From: Camelus dromedarius
Taxonomy: Eukaryota
Length of the DNA: 64,000 nt
Reading direction: 5' to 3'
Assembly (NCBI RefSeq): GCF_036321535.1
Contig: NC_087436.1
Location: 6,262,001-6,326,000 of the forward strand
Shown here: positions 56,235 to 64,000 of the stretch, piece after piece
How positions within the stretch are numbered: position 1 is the stretch's first letter
How the letters are laid out: each line of letters opens with the position of its first letter
Notes under the pieces: generated by a model
Told to the model about the DNA's origin: nothing
Seen by the model: only the letters and a program-made list of their open reading frames with translations
Database searches by the model: none
Made by a program: the position numbers and the translations under genes

Positions 56235-59200
56235 TTTTTTTTTTCAATTGAAGTATAATTGACCTACGACACTATGTTGGTTTCTGGTGCACAACACAGT
56301 GATTTGGTATTTCTGTACATTACAGAATGATCACCACAACATGTTTAGTTACTATCTGACACCACACAAAGGTATTACAATATAATTCACTGCAGTTCGC
56401 ATACCGTACAGTTCATCTCCATGACTCTCTGATTTTGTACCCCTTAACCCACTTACCTGTTTCACTCAGCCCCCAACCCTGCTCACCTCTGATAACCACC
56501 TATTTGTTCTCTGTATCTATGAGCCTGTTCTTTGTTATGTTTGTTCCTTTGGTTTGTTTTTTGGATTCCACATATAAGTGAAACCACACGATATTTATCT
56601 CTCTTATGACTTATTTCACTCAACATAATACCTTCTAGGTCCATCCACGTTGTCGCAAATCGCAAGATTTCCTTATTTTTATGGCCAAGTAATAGTCAAT
56701 TGTGTGTATGTGTATATATGTGTGTGTATATATATAATATATTTTTTATTCATTAAGCCATCACTGGCACTTAGGATGCTTCCATATCTTGGCTATTGTA
56801 AATAATGCTGCAGTGAATATGGGTGTGCATGTATCTTTTTGAATTTTAGGGGTTTTTTTGTTTTAGTGTTTTAGTTTTTTTTAAATTTTTCAGAAAGGTA
56901 CCAATAATTGGATTTTGTGGATGGTATGGTAGTTCTATTTTTAGTTTTTTAAGGAACCTCCGTACTGTTTTCCACAGTGGCTGCACCAAGCTGCATCCCC
57001 ACCAGCAGTGTAGGAGGGTTCCCTTTTATCCACAGCCTCTCCAGCATTTGTCATTTGTGGACTTTTGAATGATAGCCATTCTGAATGATGTGAGGTAATA
57101 CCTCATCATACTTTTGATTTGCATTTCTCTGATGATTAGTGATGTTGAGCATCTTCTCGTATGCCTGTTGGCCATCTCTGTCTTCATTGGAAAAATGTCT
57201 ATTCAGGACCTCTGCTCAGTTTTTAATTAGGTTTTCTTTTTTTTTTTTGGCATTGAGTTTTATGAGTTCCTCATATATTTTGGATACTAACCTTTTACTA
57301 TCTTCTCTGATTTAGTAGGCAGCATTTTAGTTTTATTGATGGTCTCCAATGCTGTGCAAAAGCTTTTTAATTAGATGTAGTCCCATTTTTTTTTTTAATT
57401 TTTTGCTTTTGTTTCCCTTGCATGAAGAGACAGATTCAAAAAAAAATTGCTAAAGCCAACGTCAGACAGCGTACTGCCGGTGTTTTCTTGTGGGAGTTTT
57501 ATGGTCTCAGGCCTTACATTTACGTCTTTTATTCATTGTGAGTTCATTTTGGTACATGGTTTGAGCAAGCAATCCAGTCTGACTCTTTCACGTGTAGCTG
57601 TCCAGTTTACCCGCTGCCATTTGCTGAAGAAACTTTCTTCTCCCCGTTGGAGATTCTTGCCTCCTTCCTCATAGATTAATTGACCGTCTGTGTGTGGGTT
57701 CATTTCTGGACTCTCTATTCTGTTCCTTTGATCTATGTGTCTGTTCTTGTGCCAGTACCATACTGTTTTGATGCCTGTGGCTTTGTAATTTGGAATCAGG
57801 GAGCATGATAACTCAAGCTTCGTTCTTCTTTCTCAAAATTGTTTTGGCTCTTCAGAGGCTTTTGTGTTTCCATACAAATGTTGGAATTATTTGCTCTAGT
57901 TCTACGCAAAATGCCATTGGCGTTTTGACAGGAATTGCATGGAATGTCTAGACTGCCTTGGGAACTATAGTCTTTTTAACAATAGCCTTTTGATCCATGA
58001 GCATGGTATATCTTTCCCTCTGTTTGTCTTCAATCTGTTTCATCAGTGTCTTATAGTTTTTCAAGCACAGGTCTTTTACCTCCTTGGTTGAGTGTATTCC
58101 TAGGTATTTCATTCTTTTTGATGCTGTTGTAAATGAGATTGTTTTCTTAAATTCTTTCTCTGATAGTTCATTATTAGTGTATCCTGCAACTTTGCTGAAT
58201 TCATTTATTCAAAAAAAACTATTGTTTTTTGATGCATTCTTAAGGTTTTCTGTGTACAGTGTCATGTCATCTGCAAGCAGTGACAGTTTCACCTCTTCCT
58301 GTCCATTTGGATTCCTTTTATTAATTTTTTTTCCTTCCCATTGCCCATGGCTAGGACTTCCAATACCGTACTGAATAAAAGTGGTGAGAGTGGGTATCCT
58401 TGTCTTGTTCCTGGTCTTACAGGAAATGCTTTCAGCTTTTCACAGTTGAGTATGATATTACCTGTGGGTTTATCATATGTGGCCTTTATTATGTTGAGGT
58501 ATGTTCCCCCATACCCACTTTGTTGAGAGTTTTTATCATAAATGGATATTGAATTTTGTCTAAAGCTTTTTCTGCATTTATTCAGGTGATCATACAATTG
58601 TTATTCTTCAGTTTGTTTATGTGATGCATCGCATTGATTTGGAGATATTGAAATAGACCTGCATCCCTGGGAAAGTTCCCACTTGGTCATGATGTCTGAT
58701 CCTTTTCATGTATTGTTGAACTCTGTTTGCTAATATTTTGTTGAGCATCTTTGCATCTATGTTCATCGGGGATATTAGCCTGTCATTTTCTTTTTGTGTG
58801 ATGTGTTTGGTTTGATATCAAGGGGATGCTGGCCTCACACAATGAGTATGAAAGCAGCACTGACTCCCTGGCCTGGGGCACCAGAGGACTGGTGACAGCT
58901 GGCCTTTGGGTGGGGCTGGGCCCCACTGTCAGTAGGCTAGTGGGAGGACTTCAGAATGGTGCTTGCTAGCACCAGTGTCCTCCTGGCAGAATGATTTCCT
59001 AAAAATGTCTATTGCCAACATCTATTCCCCAAGGTGAGTTTCAGTTGCCTCCTGCTTCTCCAGGAGGCTCTCCAAGATCAGCAGGTGGGTCTGATGCAGG
59101 CTCCTTTCAAATTACTGCTCTGCCTTGGGTCGGGGAAGAGTGGAATCTCTCTTTCCTCTAGCCCTCTGGTTTTCCCAGACACGTGTCTCGCTGGCCTTCA

Positions 59201-59527
59201 AAGCTGGAAGTTCTGAGAGTTCATCTTCCCCATGAGGGAACCCCGTCTGGGGAGACCAGTATAGGGCTTGAATGTCTCACTCCTCGAGGGAATCTGCAAT
59301 TGTGATTATTCTCCCATTTATAGGTAGCCCACCCAAGGGTGTAGGTCTTGACTCTACCATGTTTCTGCCCCTCCTACCCAACCCCTAGTGATTCCTTCTT
59401 TATATCTTCAGCTGTAGAAGATCTTTTCTGCTAGTCTTCAGGTCATTCATACATGCTCTGTAAACAGTCGTAATTTTGGTGCACATGGTGAGCTTAGGGT
59501 CTTCCTACTCCACCATCTTAGTCACCT
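56235..59527 (-). mobile_element. LINE-1 in TMEM144 intron 1: 3'UTR and ORF2 (56235-58850) joined to an L1 5'UTR-like segment (58850-59527)
   Basis: Poly(T) at 56235. ORF 58289..58597 carries RT motifs (AYDKPT..., GTRQGYPLSPLLF). The minus strand begins aagatggtggagtaggaagaccctaagctcacc, typical of L1M 5' starts. Confidence 0.8.
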
Positions 59528-60240
59528 TCAAGAGGCTTAGGGGATTATTCAAAAGTTCTTCAGGAGATTCTTCTGTTTGTGTTTTTGTTTTTGTTTTTTT
59601 AAGTTATAAAGATAGAGAGCTCATGAACCATTTAAACTACACACTGAAGGGTGTGTACCACTGATCAAGAAAAGTGCCTTTACCTCTAGGGGATTGTGAG
59701 TACATAGCTGAAAGTGTGCTTACATTCATGTTTCAAATATTCAAGGAGATTTTGCTTGGAAGGCAACTGATAGTTGTCATAGTCTGCACATGTGCTCTCT
59801 CCTTTGATGGTCACAACCACCAGTTGAAGTGAACAGAATCCTGGTCCACAATCATCATTCTACCAGTCCCTGTATGCAAGAGAATTCCTTTATAATATCA
59901 TAAAAATTGTATCCAGGTCTTAGAAGAAGTTAGGTTTTCAAACTCTGAAGACAAATTTGTTTGGTTTTCGTTCACTTTGTAGTTTAGTGATCAAGAAATA
60001 TTTGTTGAGAAAATAAACGAGAAAATGAGTGAATTAATGAACATGATTGTGAACATCATACATCATTTTATAATGTCCTAGCTTTTTATCTGGAAGAAGG
60101 ACTCTTACCGTACATTTGAGGAGCTCAGTAAAATTCATGTCTGGATCACAGCTTATTCGTGGACTCACCACTTCTTAATTGTTTCATTTTTATTTCTTTC
60201 ATTTCAGAAGCACTTGAAAAGCACACCAAGTCTCAGGTGA

Positions 60241-60459
<219 letters not shown>

Positions 60460-62461
60460 TAATGGTTATAAAAATACATTTTTTTTGTACCTGGTGCCAA
60501 ATGAATAGAGCTTAAAACCAATCATTTGAGGATGTGCATGCCAGGTTATCCAAGCGTTCAGTATAGGATACCCTTCAGACTGCGTTTCATAGTACAGCTG
60601 GGATGGGGGTAGCTTTTTAGCCATATCTGTTATGCTTACAAAAGAAGGAAAGGAGTCAGTTCTGCTAATAACACTTGTTTTGCAAACACAAATTTCCGAC
60701 ACAGCTGATGTAATAGAGAACAATTTGGGCATCACATGAATTTTGTATCTGCTTAGGTGCAGTTTTGCCTCAGGAACATTAGGTGAACACAGAAAACTAC
60801 ACCCAGATGAAGAAAGGTGCAAAGTACGGCACAAAATGTGCTCACACACCCCCTCTCACACACCCACTGGCTCTGTTAGTACCACATCTCTCCACTTCCA
60901 GTGTTACGAACCTCCTTCACCACCTTCACAATAACTCACAAGCTGCAACACTTCTGATGATCACTCACATGAGCAAACGTCAGGTCTTTTCCAAAATCCA
61001 GTGGCGTATTTATTGCTGCATTTGTGAATTTCCTCACCACCTAACCAGTGTAAAACTGTGCTACCATTTTTTGTTAGACTCTTATCTTGCTTTAGTACGT
61101 TGCTGATGAAGTTTTTACGTGTTATGTCCTTAGCCCCACTTTCCACGCAAGCTCTGCAGGTTTTATCATGTGATTTTACGAAGTGCAGTGATTTTTTAGG
61201 AACACACATGTCACCACGCAGTAGAATTGGCTGTAATGTGAATTTTAGGGAAGCGGAAGTAATAATTCTCTTTGTCTACCTGCCGTTCATCTCAGAGCTG
61301 GGGCAAGGAGTTGGGGATGTGATGGTACGCACCTCTTGGGAAGCATTGTGCTATCATCCCAGTTCCCCCATCTTTATACAACTTAGACGACAGACCTACA
61401 AATCTTGTTCCTCTAGAGCCTTGCTTCTTCTTCCCTTTAGAGTTAGAAAAAGAATGAAAACAACTGAAAAAAAAACCCAGAAAAGCATACTAATGGGTAG
61501 AGGATATGGCTTTGGGGTTGGGGGTGCACGTTATGAGAACTGTGTGATCCCGGGCAAGACTTAACAGCTCTTTTGTTCTCAGTTTCTGATTTGTAAAATG
61601 CAGAACTTGTAAAATGAAGTTCCCTTTTATCTCCGTGCTCCTAGTTTTTTGTTTTTTTTTTTTTCTGTCTTCGAGGTTAACAACTTTTTTTTTTTCCTCT
61701 CCTCCACCAGGAGATTCAATGTAAAGTCAATAGAGTCAAAAGTGCCCCATTGAGTTATAACTGCCTTAGTATTTCTCCCAATGTTGACTTTTTCTTTATC
61801 CTTTTAATCCCTAAACCCTCTTTCTGAGCCTCAGAAAAGTACAGATATACTTCATATCACCATGTGATGGCCAAGTAACCGGCAGATGGCAGCCCAGTGC
61901 ATGGAAAGTAGATGAGCCCTGACCTAGAAGCTAATGCTCGATTTTGGAGCACCTGACTCATCGCCGACACCCAACTCTAAGTGCACGAGGCCTCCACGTG
62001 CCCATAACTGGCCTTAGTTTTATCCCAAAGAGCCACATGGGAGCCCCACGGGTGTAAATTACTCATGTGCTATCCTGAAGTTCTTAGCGCCCTGTCTTTG
62101 GTGAGGAATGGCACTGTTGTCACATCTGAATAAAAATATATAGACTTGGTCTTGCCAGTCCTCTTTGGTAGAAAATTCTAGATTCCTGCTAAGCAGGAAT
62201 GCACTGCATAGAGCAAGCTTCAGTCAAATTGAGTTCAAATTCCAGCTTTACAAACTGTTAGCTATTTGAATGCATTCCTTCATCTTACATTGATTTTCTC
62301 TGTCTTTGAATGAGGGTTAATTATGATTCATAGTAGTTGTAAGAATGATAAAAGATGTGCAAAGTGTTTGGCATATAGGTGTTCAATAAATTGTGGCCAT
62401 CCTGTAATATCTCCATGATCTTCCTAAGCACTAATTTCCTTCAGTCAGTTTGAACCACTGA

Positions 62462-62647
<186 letters not shown>

Positions 62648-64000
62648 TGATCAAAATAAATATGATTCATAATACAAGGAAACAGCACAAAGAGTAATTC
62701 TAAATAATCCCTAGTCACAGACACTAGAATTTAAAAATTTAGCTTCTTTCATAAATATTTTTGGTACATTTGACTCTTTCCTTTTAATGATTTTTTTCTT
62801 GGTTCCTGGTAGAAAATTGTCATAACAAAATTATTATTGTATATTATATATGTTATTATATAAAATTATTATAGCAAAAATGTTTTACTTGCTCTCTGTC
62901 TGTTCAAGCATAACTCATATATTAATCTAAGTGCTCTGACCTTTCTTTCTCCAGCATGTTGATCAGAAAATATTTATTAAATAGTCATCTCTACTAATAC
63001 CATTTTTAGGACGTGTTCTCAAAAGCAGACAAACGCAGACACATTATCGTTTCAGAAGCACAGGCAGAAAGACCAAAGCAAACAGTCATCTTCTCTCTGT
63101 TGCCTGAAATTATATAACTAGAGTTTGTGCTTTTGCTTGCCAATCAGGAGTGTGTCTTCTCTGTTAATATAAACACACCCCAGGAGAGCTTTCTTCTCTT
63201 CAGCAAACAGAATCCCAAGTATCAGGGATCTCTAGAGGTACCTTGATTAAAAGCAAATACATTTTAAAATGTTAAAAATGTACTGGGTACCCAATTCATT
63301 TGAAGTAGGTACAGAATTGAGTGATTTAATGATGTTCATGAGTTGGAGGACAAACTTTTCAGTTTCCGTTGGAATTTCCATTCCTGTACCTCACTTATAC
63401 CTTAGTACGATTCTGATGATCACGTCTAATGGGAGAGGGAGCGGAGGAAGCAGCCATTCACCCTGCAGGTCCTGACACCCACCGTAGTACTTACATCCCC
63501 CAAGCAGGTTCCACTGGGAGTCAGTGGAGGAGGGTCTAATTTGAGAAGCCTTGCAAATGCAGATGCCGTAGGTCACGGTAACTGACTGGGTGTGGGCGGC
63601 GGAGGAAAGGGAGGAGCCATCGGGGTTGCAGGGATCTTATCACAGGTGGTTGGGAGAGTGGTGGCGCCACTGACACGTATGAGGGAAAGAATGTGTCTCA
63701 AAGGGAAAATGATGAGTTCATCTTGGGACCTTTTGAGCTTGAAGTTCCCGGTGTTCCCACAAGTAAGGGACATCTGGTTGGAAATCTCTTATTGGCCCCA
63801 GAACTCTGGAGACGGTCCAGGCTAGCTCTGGGAGTATGTGTCTCCAGCTGATTGCTGAAATCATGGAATGAGTCAAGTGCTCAAAGAAGAATATAGCAAG
63901 AGGAAGAATGTGTTCTAGGGAAAGTATTTAAACAGCACCTACATCCAGATGGTCTGATGAGAAGGAGCTAAAGAAAGAGAAAAACAGGAGGGAATTCAGA

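Noticed and set aside
61058..61564. 168-aa ORF in a TMEM144 intron
   Set aside because: Intronic, with no protein similarity I recognise, and it is not needed to keep the TMEM144 frame.

Overview
This is mammalian genomic DNA, very probably camelid, because it carries tRNA-Ala-derived Vic-1-type SINEs. It holds two divergently transcribed genes. GASK1B/FAM198B is on the minus strand, with a predicted TATA/CCAAT promoter near 22.15 kb, a predicted non-coding exon 1, and coding exons at 20545-19645 and 2428-2214; its later exons lie left of the window. TMEM144 is on the plus strand, with a CpG-rich promoter near 54 kb and coding exons at 60277-60385 and 62484-62606; it continues right of the window. 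The rest is mostly interspersed repeats: L1 3' ends with target-site duplications (TSDs), ERV1 solo LTRs, MaLR/MLT1, hAT elements and microsatellites. I found no convincing previously undescribed biological system. The most interesting signals are a young twin-primed inverted L1 with visible priming microhomology, a 5'-truncated retrocopy resembling the PDIA3 3'UTR inside an old L1, a uAUG-dense GASK1B leader with an AUGA stop/start overlap, an in-frame alternative donor beside the GASK1B catalytic-loop region, a perfect CLEAR palindrome in the TMEM144 promoter, and a 214-bp tandem duplication of an L1/SINE chimera. Gene and repeat family names are from recall, not database searches.
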